Of a DNA stretch of 64,000 bases, positions 45,701-60,900 are shown one piece after another. Location of the stretch: contig OZ024744.1 of assembly GCA_964016885.1 (NCBI GenBank), positions 122,078,001-122,142,000 on the forward strand, read 5' to 3'. The stretch comes from Eledone cirrhosa (Eukaryota). A program made the position numbers and the translations under genes. Positions within the stretch are counted from its first letter, which is position 1. Each line of letters starts with the position of its first letter. The notes under the pieces were generated by a model that was not told the DNA's origin, did not search any database, and was given only the letters and a program-made list of their open reading frames with translations.

Positions 45701-47795
45701 TCACTACCTCTATTCCTCTCACCCAGTCACTTTTATCCTTCCTCAACACATGACCCAACCATCTCACACGATCACTCTTCACAACATCCATCACTACCTC
45801 TATTCCTCTCTCCCAGTCACTTTCATAATTCCTCAACACATGACCCAACCATCTCACACTATCTCTCTCCACGACATTCATCACTACATCTATTCCTCTC
45901 ACCCAGTCACTTTTATCCTTCCTCAACACATGACCCAACCATCTCACACTATCTCTCTTCACAACATCCATCACTACCTCTATTCCTCTCACCCAGTCAC
46001 TTTCATACTTCTTCAACACATGAGCCAACCATCTCACACTATCTCCCTTTACAACATCCATCACTACCTCTATTCCTCTCACCCAGTCACATTCATACTT
46101 CCTCAACACATGACCCAACCATCTCACACTATCTCTCTTCACAACATCCATCACGACCTCTATTCCTCTCACCCAGTCACTTTTATCCTTCCTCAACACA
46201 TGACCCAACCATCTCAAACTATCTCTCTTCACAACATCCATCACTACCTCTATTCCTCTCACCCAGTCACTTTTATCCTTCCTTAACACATGACCCAACC
46301 ATCTCACACTATCTCTCTTCACAACATCCATCACTACCTCTATTCCTCTCACCCAGTCACTTTTATCCTTCCTCAACACATGACCCAACCATCTCACACT
46401 ATCTCTCTTCACAACATCCATCACTACCTCTATTCCTCTCACCCAGTCACTTTCATACTTCCTCAACACATGAGCTAACCATCTCACACTATCTCTCTTC
46501 ACAACATCCATCACTACCTCTATTCCTCTCACACAGTCACTTTCATACTTCCTCAACACATGACCCAACCATCTCACACTATCTCACTTCACAACATCCA
46601 TTACTACCTCTATTCTTCTCACCCAGACACTTTTATCCTGCCTCAACACATGACCCAACCATCTCACACTATCTCTCTTCACAACATCCATCACTACCTC
46701 TATTCCTCTCACCCAGTCACTTTTATCCTTCCTCAACACATGACCCAACCATCTCACACTATCTCTCTTTACAACATCCATCACTACCTCTATTCCTCTC
46801 ACCCAGTCACTTTTATCCTTCCTCAACACATGACCCAACCATCTCACACTATCTCTCCTCACAACATCCATCACTACCTCTATTCCTCTCACCCAGTCAC
46901 TTTTATCCTTCCTCAACACATGACCCAACCATCTCACACTATCTCTCTTCACAACATCCATCTCTACCTCTATTCACTCACCCAGTCACTTTTATCCTTC
47001 CTCAACACATGACCCACCATCTCACACTATCTCACTTCACAACATCCATTACTACCTCTATTCTTCTCACCCAGACACTTTTATCCTTCCTCAACACATG
47101 ACCCAACCATCTCACACTATCTCTCTTCACAACATCCATCACTACCTCTATTCCTCTCACCCAGTCACATTCATACTTCCTCAACACATGACCCAACCAT
47201 CTCACACTGTCTCTCTTCACAACATCCATCACTACCTCTATTCCTCTCACCCAGTCACTTTTATACTTCCTCAACACATGACACAACCATCTCACACTAT
47301 CTCTCTTCACAACATCCATCACTACCTCTATTCCTCTCACCCAGTCACTTTCATACTTCCTCAACACATGACCCAACCATCCCACACTATCTCTCTTCAC
47401 AACATCCATCACTACCTCTATTCCTCTCACCCAGTCACTTTTATCCTTTCTCAACACATGACCCAACCATCTCACACTATCTCTCTTCACAACATCCATC
47501 TCTACCTCTATTCACTCACCCAGTCACTTTTATCCTTCCTCAACACATGACCCAACCATCTCACACTATCTCTCTACACAACATCCATCACTACCCCTAT
47601 TCCTATCATCCAGTCACATTCATACTTCCTCAACACAGGACCCAACCATCTCACACTATCTCTCTTCACAACATCCATCACTACCTCTGTTGCTCTCACC
47701 CAGTCACATTCATACATCCTCAACACATGACCCAACCATCTCACACTATCTCTCTTCACAACATCCATCACTACCTCTATTCCTCTCACACAGTC
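33758..47795. repeat. Near-perfect 7010-bp tandem duplication (78 monomers minus 10 one-base deletions)
   Basis: ORF pairs share an exact 7010 offset: 34666/41676, 36158/43168, 38080/45090, 40022/47032, 40537/47547. The only differences noticed are at ~39147/46157 and 38801/45811. Confidence 0.93.
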
Positions 47796-49640
47796 TCTTT
47801 TAACCTTCCTCAACACATGATCCAACCATCTCACACTATCTCTCCTCACAACATCCATCACTACCTCTATTCCTCTCACCCAGTCACTTTTATCCTTCCT
47901 CAACACATGACCCAACCATCTCACACTATCTCTCTTCACAACATCCATCACAACCTCTATTCCTCTTACCCAGTCACTTTTATCCTTCCTGAACACATGA
48001 ACCAACCATCTCACACTATCTCTCTTCACAACATCCATCACTACCTCTATTCCTCTCACCCAGTCACTTTCATACTTCCTCAACACATGAGCTAACCATC
48101 TCACAATATCTCTCTTCACAACATCCATCACTACCTCTATTCCTCTCACACAGTCACTTTCATACTTCCTCAACACATGACCCAACCATCTCACACTATC
48201 TCACTTCACAACATTCATTACTACCTCTATTCTTCTCACCCAGACACTTTTATCCTGCCTCAACACATGACCCAACCATCTCACACTATCTCTCTTCACA
48301 ACATCCATCACTACCTCTATTCCTCTCACCCAGTCACTTTTATCCTTCCTCAACACATGACCCAACCATCTCACACTATCTCTCTTTACAACATCCATCA
48401 CTACCTCTATTCCTCTCACCCAGTCACTTTTATCCTTCCTCAACACATGACCCAACCATCTCACACTATCTCTCCTCACAACATCCATCACTACCTCTAT
48501 TCCTCTCACCCAGTCACTTTTATCCTTCCTCAACACATGACCCAACCATCTCACACTATCTCTCTTCACAACATCCATCTCTACCTCTATTCACTCACCC
48601 AGTCACTTTTATCCTTCCTCAACACATGACCCACCATCTCACACTATCTCACTTCACAACATCCATTACTACCTCTATTCTTCTCACCCAGACACTTTTA
48701 TCCTTCCTCAACACATGACCCAACCATCTCACACTATCTCTCTTCACAACATCCATCACTACCTCTATTCCTCTCACCCAGTCACATTCATACTTCCTCA
48801 ACACATGACCCAACCATCTCACACTGTCTCTCTTCACAACATCCATCACTACCTCTATTCCTCTCACCCAGTCACTTTTATACTTCCTCAACACATGACA
48901 CAACCATCTCACACTATCTCTCTTCACAACATCCATCACTACCTCTATTCCTCTCACCCAGTCACTTTCATACTTCCTCAACACATGACCCAACCATCCC
49001 ACACTATCTCTCTTCACAACATCCATCACTACCTCTATTCCTCTCACCCAGTCACTTTTATCCTTTCTCAACACATGACCCAATCATCTCACACTATCTC
49101 TCTTCACAACATCCATCTCTACCTCTATTCACTCACCCAGTCACTTTTATCCTTCCTCAACACATGACCCAACCATCTCACACTATCTCTCTACACAACA
49201 TCCATCACTAACCTTATTCCTATCACCCAGTCACATTCATACTTCCTCAACACAGGACCCAACCATCTCACACTATCTCTCTTCACAACATCCATCACTA
49301 CCTCTGTTGCTCTCACCCAGTCACATTCATACATCCTCAACACATGACCCAACCATCTCACACTATCTCTCTTCACAACATCCATCACTACCTCTATTCC
49401 TCTCACACAGTCTCTTTTAACCTTCCTCAACACATGATCCAACCATCTCACACTATCTCTCCTCACAACATCCATCACTACCTCTATTCCTCTCACCCAG
49501 TCACTTTTATCCTTCCTCAACACATGACCCAACCATCTCACACTATCTCTCTTCACAACATCCATCACAACCTCTATTCCTCTTACCCAGTCACTTTTAT
49601 CCTTCCTGAACACATGAACCAACCATCTCACACTATCTCT
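46390..49640. repeat. 1617-bp (18-monomer) tandem duplication; edges approximate
   Basis: tgagcta occurs at 46471 and 48088. ORF pairs 46560/48177, 47098/48715 and 47574/49191 are all offset by 1617 = 18x90-3. Confidence 0.85.
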
Positions 49641-52600
49641 CTTCACAACATCCATTACTACCTGTATTCCTCTCACACAGTCACTTTCATACTTCCTCAA
49701 CACATGCCCCAACCATCTCACACTATCTCACTTCAAAACATCCATTACTACCTCTATTGCTCTCACCCAGTCACTTTTATCCTTCCTCAACACATGACCC
49801 AACCATCTCACACTATCTCTCTTCACAACATCCATCACTACCTCTATTCCTCTCACCCAGTCACATTCATACTTCCTCAACACATGACCCAACCATCTCA
49901 CACTGTCTCTATTCACAACATCCATCATTACCTCTATTCCTCTCACCCAGTCACTTTTATCCTTCCTCAACACATGACCCAACCATCTCACACTATCTCT
50001 CTTCACAACATCCATCACTACCTCTATTCCTCTCACCCAGTCACTTTTATCCTTCCTCAACACATGACCCAACCATCTCACACTATCTCTCTTCACAACA
50101 TCCATCACTACCTCTATTCCTCTCACCCAGTCACTTTTATCCTTCCTCAACACATGACCCAACCATCTCACACGATCACTCTTCACAACATCCATTACTA
50201 CCTCTATTCCTCTCACCCAGTCACTTTCATACTTCCTCAAAACATGACCCAACCATCTCACACTATCTCACTTCACAACATCCATCACTACCTCTATTCC
50301 TCTCACCCAGTCACTTTTATCCTTCTTCAACACATGACCCAACCATCTCACACGATCACTCTTCACAACATCCATCACTACCTCTATTCCTCTCACCCAG
50401 TCACTTTCATACTTCCTCAACACATGACCCAACCATCTCACACTATCTCTCTTCACAACATCCATCACTACCTCTATTCCTCTCACCCAGTCACTTTCAT
50501 ACTTCCTCAACACATGAGCCAACCATCTCACACTATCTCTCTTCACAACATCCAGCACTACCTCTGTTCCTCTCACCCAGTCTCTTTCAACCTTCCTCAA
50601 CACATGACCTAACCATCTTACACTATCGCTCGTCACAACATCCATCACTACCTCCATTCCTCTCAGCCAGTCACTTTTATCCTTCCTCAACACATGACCC
50701 AACTATCTCACACTATCTCTCTTCACAACATCCATCACTACCTCTATTCCTCTCACCCAGTCACTTTCATACTTCCTCAACACATGAGCCAATCATCTCA
50801 CATTATCTCCCTTTACAACATCCATCACTACCTCTATTCCTCTCACCCAGTCACATTCATACTTCCTCAACACATGACCCAACCATCTCACACTATCTCT
50901 CTTCACAACATCCATAACTACCTCTATTCCTCTCACCCAGTCACTTTTATCCTTCCTCAACACATGACCCAACCATCTCACACTATCTCTCTTCACAACA
51001 TCCATCACTACCTCTATTCCTCTCATCCAGTCGCTTTTATCCTTCCTCAACACATGACCCAACCATCTCACACTATCTCTCTTCAAAACATCCATCACTA
51101 CCTCTATTCCTCACACCCAGTCACTTTTATCCTTCCTCAACACATGATCCAACCATCTCACACTATCTCTCCTCACAACATCCATCACTACCTCTATTCC
51201 TCTCACCCAGTCACTTTTATCCTTCCTCAACACATGACCCAACCATCTCACACTATCTCTCTTCACAACATCCATCACAACCTCTATTCCTCTTACCCAG
51301 TCACTTTTATCCTTCCTGAACACATGAACCAACCATCTCACACTATCTCTCTTCACAACATCCATTACTACCTGTATTCCTCTCACACAGTCACTTTCAT
51401 ACTTCCTCAACACATGCCCCAACCATCTCACACTATCTCACTTCACAACATCCATTACTACCTCTATTGCTCTCACCCAGTCACTTTTATCCTTCCTCAA
51501 CACATGACCCAACCATCTCACACTATCTCTCTTCACAACATCCATCACTACCTCTATTCCTCTCACCCAGTCACATTCATACTTCCTCAACACATGACCC
51601 AACCATCTCACACTGTCTCTCTTCACAACATCCATCACTACCTCTATTCCTCTCACCCAGTCACTTTTATCCTTCCTCAACACATGACCCAACCATCTCA
51701 CACTATCTCTCTTCACAACATCCATCACTACCTCTATTCCTCTCACCCAGTCACTTTTATCCTTCCTCAACACATGACCCAACCATCTCACACTATCTCT
51801 CTTCACAACATCCATCACTACCTCTATTCCTCTCACCCAGTCACTTTTATCCTTCCTCAACACATGACCCAACCATCTCACACGATCACTCTTCACAACA
51901 TCCATTACTACCTCTATTCCTCTCACCCAGTCACTTTCATACTTCCTCAAAACATGACCCAACCATCTCACACTATCTCACTTCACAACATCCATCACTA
52001 CCTCTATTCCTCTCACCCAGTCACTTTTATCCTTCCTCAACACATGACCCAACCATCTCACACGATCACTCTTCACAACATCCATCACTACCTCTATTCC
52101 TCTCACCCAGTCACTTTCATACTTCCTCAACACATGACCCAACCATCTCACACTATCTCTCTTCACAACATCCATCACTACCTCTATTCCTCTCACCCAG
52201 TCACTTTCATACTTCCTCAACACATGAGCCAACCATCTCACACTATCTCTCTTCACAACATCCAGCACTACCTCTGTTCCTCTCACCCAGTCTCTTTCAA
52301 CCTTCCTCAACACATGACCTAACCATCTCACACTATCGCTCGTCACAACATCCATCACTACCTCCATTCCTCTCAGCCAGTCACTTTTATCCTTCCTCAA
52401 CACATGACCCAACTATCTCACACTATCTCTCTTCACAACATCCATCACTACCTCTATTCCTCTCACCCAGTCACTTTCATACTTCCTCAACACATGAGCC
52501 AATCATCTCACATTATCTCCCTTTACAACATCCATCACTACCTCTATTCCTCTCACCCAGTCACATTCATACTTCCTCAACACATGACCCAACCATCTCA

Positions 52601-54290
52601 CACTATCTCTCTTCAAAACATCCATCACTACCTCTATTCCTCACACCCAGTCACTTTTATCCTTCCTCAACACATGATCCAACCATCTCACACTATCTCT
52701 CCTCACAACATCCATCACTACCTCTATTCCTCTCACCCAGTCACTTTTATCCTTCCTCAACACATGACCCAACCATCTCACACTATCTCTCTTCACAACA
52801 TCCATCACAACCTCTATTCCTCTTACCCAGTCACTTTTATCCTTCCTGAACACATGAACCAACCATCTCACACTATCTCTCTTCACAACATCCATTACTA
52901 CCTGTATTCCTCTCACACAGTCACTTTCATACTTCCTCAACACATGCCCCAACCATCTCACACTATCTCACTTCACAACATCCATTACTACCTCTATTGC
53001 TCTCACCCAGTCACTTTTATCCTTCCTCAACACATGACCCAACCATCTCACACTATCTCTCTTCACAACATCCATCACTACCTCTATTCCTCTCACCCAG
53101 TCACATTCATACTTCCTCAACACATGACCCAACCATCTCACACTGTCTCTCTTCACAACATCCATCACTACCTCTATTCCTCTCACCCAGTCACTTTTAT
53201 CCTTCCTCAACACATGACCCAACCATCTCACACTATCTCTCTTCACAACATCCATCACTACCTCTATTCCTCTCACCCAGTCACTTTTATCCTTCCTCAA
53301 CACATGACCCAACCATCTCACACTATCTCTCTTCACAACATCCATCACTACCTCTATTCCTCTCACCCAGTCACTTTTATCCTTCCTCAACACATGACCC
53401 AACCATCTCACACGATCACTCTTCACAACATCCATTACTACCTCTATTCCTCTCACCCAGTCACTTTCATACTTCCTCAAAACATGACCCAACCATCTCA
53501 CACTATCTCACTTCACAACATCCATCACTACCTCTATTCCTCTCACCCAGTCACTTTTATCCTTCCTCAACACATGACCCAACCATCTCACACGATCACT
53601 CTTCACAATATCCATCACTACCTCTATTCCTCTCACCCAGTCACTTTCATACTTCCTCAACACATGACCCAACCATCTCACACTATCTCTCTTCACAACA
53701 TCCATCACTACCTCTATTCCTCTCACCCAGTCACTTTCATACTTCCTCAACACATGAGCCAACCATCTCACACTATCTCTCTTCACAACATCCAGCACTA
53801 CCTCTGTTCCTCTCACCCAGTCTCTTTCAACCTTCCTCAACACATGACCTAACCATCTCACACTATCGCTCGTCACAACATCCATCACTACCTCCATTCC
53901 TCTCAGCCAGTCACTTTTATCCTTCCTCAACACATGACCCAACCATCTCACACTATCTCTCTTCACAACATCCATCACTACCTCTATTCCTCTCACCCAG
54001 TCACTTTCATACTTCCTCAACACATGAGCCAATCATCTCACACTATTTCCCTTTACAACATCCATCACTACCTCTATTCCTCTCACCCAGTCACATTCAT
54101 ACTTCCTCAACACATGACCCAACCATCTCACACTATCTCTCTTCACAACATCCATAACTACCTCTATTCCTCTCACCCAGTCACTTTTATCCTTCCTCAA
54201 CACATGACCCAATCATCTCACACTATCTCTCTTCACAACATCCATCACTACCTCTATTCCTCTCATCCAGTCACTTTTATCCTTCCTCAA
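49430..54290. repeat. Higher-order repeat of 19/17 monomers (1710 and 1530 bp), ~3 copies; edges approximate
   Basis: catgcccc occurs at ~49703, 51413 and 52943; ctatcgctcg occurs at ~50623, 52333 and 53863. Confidence 0.88.
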
Positions 54291-57200
54291 CACATGACCA
54301 ACCATCTCACACTATCTCTCTTCACAACATCCATCACTACCTCTATTCCCCTCACCCAGTCACTTTTATCCTTCCTCAACACATGACCCAACCATCTCAC
54401 ACTATCTCTCTTCACAACATCCATAACTACCTCTATTCCTCTCACCCAGTCACTTTTATCCTTCCTCAACACATGACCCAACCATCTCACACTATCTCTC
54501 TTCACAACATCCATCACTACCTCTATTCCTCTCACCCAGTCACTTTTATCCTTCCTCAACACATGACCCAACCATCTCACACTATCTCTCTACACAACAT
54601 CCATCACTACCCCTATTCCTATCACCCAGTCACATCATACTTCCTCAACACAGGACCCAACCATCTCACACTATCTCTCTTCACAACATCCATCACTACC
54701 TCTATTCCTCTCATCCAGTCACATTCATACATCCTCAACACATGACCCAACCATCTCACACTATCTCTCTTCACAACATCCATCACTACCTCTATTCCTC
54801 TCACCCAGTCACTTTCATACTTCCTCAACACATGACCCAACCATCCCACAGTATCTCTCTTCACAACATCCATCTCTACCTCTATTCCTCTCACACAGTC
54901 ACTTTCATACTTCCTCAACATATGACCCAACCATCTCACACTATCTCTCTTCACAACTTCCATCACTACCTCTGTTCCTCTCACCCAGTCACTTTTATCC
55001 TTCCTCAACACATGACCCAACCATCTCACACAATCTCTCTTTACAACATCCATCACTACCTCTGTTCCTCTCACCCAGTCACTTTTATCCTTCCTCAACA
55101 CATGACCCAACCATCTCACACAATCTCTCTTTACAACATCCATCACTACCTCTATTCCTCTCACCCAGTGACTTTTATCCTTCCTTAACACATGACCCAA
55201 CCATCTCACACTATCTCTCTTCACAACACCCATCACTACCTCTATTCCTCTCACCCAGTCACTTTTATCCTTCCTCAACACATGACACAACCATCTCACA
55301 CTATCTCTCCTCACAACATCCATCACTACCTCTATTCCTCTCACCCAGTCACTTTTATCCTTCCTCAACACATGACCCAACCATCTCACACTATCTCTCT
55401 TCACAACATCCATCACAACCTCTATTCCTCTTACCCAGTCACTTTTATCCTTCCTGAACACATGAACCAACCATCTCACACTATCTCTCTTCACAACATC
55501 CATTACTACCTGTATTCCTCTCACACAGTCACTTTCATACTTCCTCAACACATGCCCCAACCATCTCACACTATCTCACTTCACAACATCCATTACTACC
55601 TCTATTGCTCTCACCCAGTCACTTTTATCCTTCCTCAACACATGACCCAACCATCTCACACTATCTCTCTTCACAACATCCATCACTACCTCTATTCCTC
55701 TCACCCAGTCACATTCATACTTCCTCAACACATGACCCAACCATCTCACACTGTCTCTCTTCACAACATCCATCACTACCTCTATTCCTCTCACCCAGTC
55801 ACTTTTATCCTTCCTCAACACATGACCCAACCATCTCACACTATCTCTCTTCACAACATCCATCACTACCTCTATTCCTCTCACCCAGTCACTTTTATCC
55901 TTCCTCAACACATGACCCAACCATCTCACACTATCTCTCTTCACAACATCCATCACTACCTCTATTCCTCTCACCCAGTCACTTTTATCCTTCCTCAACA
56001 CATGACCCAACCATCTCACACGATCACTCTTCACAACATCCATTACTACCTCTATTCCTCTCACCCAGTCACTTTCATACTTCCTCAAAACATGACCCAA
56101 CCATCTCACACTATCTCACTTCACAACATCCATCACTACCTCTATTCCTCTCACCCAGTCACTTTTATCCTTCCTCAACACATGACCCAACCATCTCACA
56201 CGATCACTCTTCACAATATCCATCACTACCTCTATTCCTCTCACCCAGTCACTTTCATACTTCCTCAACACATGACCCAACCATCTCACACTATCTCTCT
56301 TCACAACATCCATCACTACCTCTATTCCTCTCACCCAGTCACTTTCATACTTCCTCAACACATGAGCCAACCATCTCACACTATCTCTCTTCACAACATC
56401 CAGCACTACCTCTGTTCCTCTCACCCAGTCTCTTTCAACCTTCCTCAACACATGACCTAACCATCTCACACTATCGCTCGTCACAACATCCATCACTACC
56501 TCCATTCCTCTCAGCCAGTCACTTTTATCCTTCCTCAACACATGACCCAACCATCTCACACTATCTCTCTTCACAACATCCATCACTACCTCTATTCCTC
56601 TCACCCAGTCACTTTCATACTTCCTCAACACATGAGCCAATCATCTCACACTATTTCCCTTTACAACATCCATCACTACCTCTATTCCTCTCACCCAGTC
56701 ACATTCATACTTCCTCAACACATGACCCAACCATCTCACACTATCTCTCTTCACAACATCCATAACTACCTCTATTCCTCTCACCCAGTCACTTTTATCC
56801 TTCCTCAACACATGACCCAATCATCTCACACTATCTCTCTTCACAACATCCATCACTACCTCTATTCCTCTCATCCAGTCACTTTTATCCTTCCTCAACA
56901 CATGACCAACCATCTCACACTATCTCTCTTCACAACATCCATCACTACCTCTATTCCCCTCACCCAGTCACTTTTATCCTTCCTCAACACATGACCCAAC
57001 CATCTCACACTATCTCTCTTCACAACATCCATAACTACCTCTATTCCTCTCACCCAGTCACTTTTATCCTTCCTCAACACATGACCCAACCATCTCACAC
57101 TATCTCTCTTCACAACATCCATCACTACCTCTATTCCTCTCACCCAGTCACTTTTATCCTTCCTCAACACATGACCCAACCATCTCACACTATCTCTCTA

Positions 57201-57917
57201 CACAACATCCATCACTACCCCTATTCCTATCACCCAGTCACATCATACTTCCTCAACACAGGACCCAACCATCTCACACTATCTCTCTTCACAACATCCA
57301 TCACTACCTCTATTCCTCTCATCCAGTCACATTCATACATCCTCAACACATGACCCAACCATCTCACACTATCTCTCTTCACAACATCCATCACTACCTC
57401 TATTCCTCTCACCCAGTCACTTTCATACTTCCTCAACACATGACCCAACCATCCCACAGTATCTCTCTTCACAACATCCATCTCTACCTCTATTCCTCTC
57501 ACACAGTCACTTTCATACTTCCTCAACATATGACCCAACCATCTCACACTATCTCTCTTCACAACTTCCATCACTACCTCTGTTCCTCTCACCCAGTCAC
57601 TTTTATCCTTCCTCAACACATGACCCAACCATCTCACACAATCTCTCTTTACAACATCCATCACTACCTCTGTTCCTCTCACCCAGTCACTTTTATCCTT
57701 CCTCAACACATGACCCAACCATCTCACACAATCTCTCTTTACAACATCCATCACTACCTCTATTCCTCTCACCCAGTGACTTTTATCCTTCCTTAACACA
57801 TGACCCAACCATCTCACACTATCTCTCTTCACAACACCCATCACTACCTCTATTCCTCTCACCCAGTCACTTTTATCCTTCCTCAACACATGACACAACC
57901 ATCTCACACTATCTCTC
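52680..57917. repeat. 2608-bp (29-monomer) tandem duplication
   Basis: ORF pairs 52968/55576, 53934/56542, 54383/56991 and 54742/57350 are offset by 2608 = 29x90-2, with identical translations. Confidence 0.92.
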
Positions 57918-60900
57918 TTCACAACATCCATCACTACCTCTATTCCTCTCACCCAGTCACTTTCATACTTCCTCAACACATGACCCAACCATCCCACAGT
58001 ATCTCTCTTCACAACATCCATCACTACCTCTATTCCTCTCACCCAGTCACTTTCATACTTCCTCAACACATGACCCAACCATCTCACACTATCTCTCTTC
58101 ACAACATCCATCACTACCTCTGTTCCTCTCACCCAGTCACTTTTATCCTTCCTCAACACATGACTCAACCATCTCACACTATCTCTCTTTACAACATCCA
58201 TCACTACCTCTATTCCTCTCACACAGTCACTTTTATCCTTCCTCAACACATGATCCAACCATCTCACACTATCTCTCCTCACAACATCCATCACTTCCTC
58301 TATTTCTCTCACCCAGTCACTTTTATCCTTCCTCAACACATGACCCAACCATCTCACACTATCTCTCTTCACAACATCCATCACAACCTCTATTCCTCTT
58401 ACCCAGTCACTTTTATCCTTCCTGAACACATGAACCAACCATCTCACACTATCTCACTTCACAACATCCATTACTACCTGTATTCCTCTCACACAGTCAC
58501 TTTCATACTTCCTCAACACATGACCCAACCATCTCACACTATCTCTCTTCACAACATCCATCACTACCTCTATTCCTCTCACCCAGTCACATTCATACTT
58601 CCTCAACACATGACCCAACCATCTCACACTGTGTCTCTTCACAACATCCATCACTACCTCTATTCCTCTCACCCAGTCACTTTTATACTTCCTCAACACA
58701 TGACCCAACCATCTCACACTATCTCTCTTCACAACATCCATCACTACCTCTATTCCTCTCACCCAGTCACTTTTATCCTTCCTCAACACATGACCCAACC
58801 ATCTCACACTATCTCTCTTTACAACATCCATCACTACCTCTATTCCTCTCACCCAGTCACTTTTATCCTTCCTCAACACATGACCCAACCATCTCACACG
58901 ATTACTCTTCACAACATCCATCACTACCTCTATTCCTCTCACCCAGTCACTTTCATACTTCCTCAACACATGACCCAACCATCTCACACTATCTGTCTTC
59001 ACAACATCCATCACTACCTCTATTCCTCTCACCCAGTCACTTTCATACTTCCTCAACACATGAGCCAACCATCTCACACTATCTCTCTTCACAACATCCA
59101 GCACTACCTCTGTTCCTCTCACCCAGTCTCTTTCAACCTTCCTCAACACATGACCTAACCATCTCACACTATCTCTCTTCACAACATCCATCACTACCTC
59201 CATTCCTCTCAGCCAGTCACTTTTATCCTTCCTCAACACATGACCCAACCATCTCACACTATCTCTCTTCACAACATCCATCACTACCTCTATTCCTCTC
59301 ACACAGTCACTTTCATACTTCCTCAACACATGAGCCAATCATCTCACACTATCTCCCTTTACAACATCCATCACTACCTCTATTCCTCTCACCCAGTCAC
59401 ATTCATACTTCCTCAACACATGACCCAACCATCTCACACTATCTCTCTTCACAACATCCATAACTACCTCTATTCCTCTCACCCAGTCACTTTTATCCTT
59501 CCTCAACACATGACCCAACCATCTCACACTATCTCTCTTCACAACATCCATCACTACCTCTATTCCTCTCATCCAGTCACTTTTATCCTTCCTCAACACA
59601 TGACCCAACCATCTCACACGATCACCCTTCACAACATCCATCACTACATCTATTCCTCTCACCCAGTCACTTTCATACTTCCTCAACACATGACCCAACC
59701 ATCTCACACTATCTCTCTTCACAACATCCATCACTACCTCTGTTTCTCTCACCCAGTCAAGTTTATCCTTCCTCAACACATGACCCAACCATCTCACACT
59801 ATCTCTCTTCACAACATCCATTACTACCTGTATTCCTCTCACCCAGTCACTTTCATACTTCCTCAACACATGACCCAACCATCTCACACTATCTCACTTC
59901 ACAACATCCATTACTACCTCTATTGCTCTCACCCTATGAATTTTATCCTTCCTCAACACATGACCCAACCATCTCACACTATCTCTCTTCACAACATCCA
60001 TCACTACCTCTATTCCTCTCACACAGTCACATTCATACTTCCTCAACACATGACCCAACCATCTCACACTGTCTCTCTTCACAACATCCATCACTACCTC
60101 TATTCCTCTCACCCAGTCACTTTTATACTTCCTCAACACATGACCCAACCATCTCACACTATCTCTCTTCACAACATCCATCACTACCTCTATTCCTCTC
60201 ACCCAGTCACTTTTATCCTTCCCAAACACATGACCCAACCATCTCATACTATCTCTCTTCACAACATCCATCACTACCTTTATTCCTTTCACCCAGTCAC
60301 TTTTATCCTTCCTCAACACATGACCCAACCATCTCACACGATCACCCTTCACAACATCCATCACTACATCTATTCCTCTCACCCAGTCACTTTCATACTT
60401 CCTCTACACATGACCCGACCATCTCACACTATCTCTCTTCACAACATCCATCACTAGCTCTGTTTCTCTCACCCAGTCACATTCATACTCCCTCAACTCA
60501 TGACCCAACCATCTCACACTATCTCTCTTCACAACATCCATCACTACCTTTATTCCTCTCACACAGTCACTTTCATACTTCCTCAACACATGACCCAACC
60601 ATCTCACACTATCTCTCTTCACAACATCCATTACTACCTCTATTGCTCTCACCCAGTCACTTTTATCCTTCCTCAACACATGACCCAACCATCTCACACT
60701 ATCTCTCTTCACAACATCCATCACTACCTCTATACCTCTCACCCAGTCACTTTCATACTTCCTCAACACATGACCCAACCATCTCACACTATATCTCTTC
60801 ACAACATCCATCACTACCTCTATTCCTCTCACCCAGTCAATTTTATCCTTCCTCAACACATGACCCAACCATCTCACACTATCTCTCTTTACAACATCCA

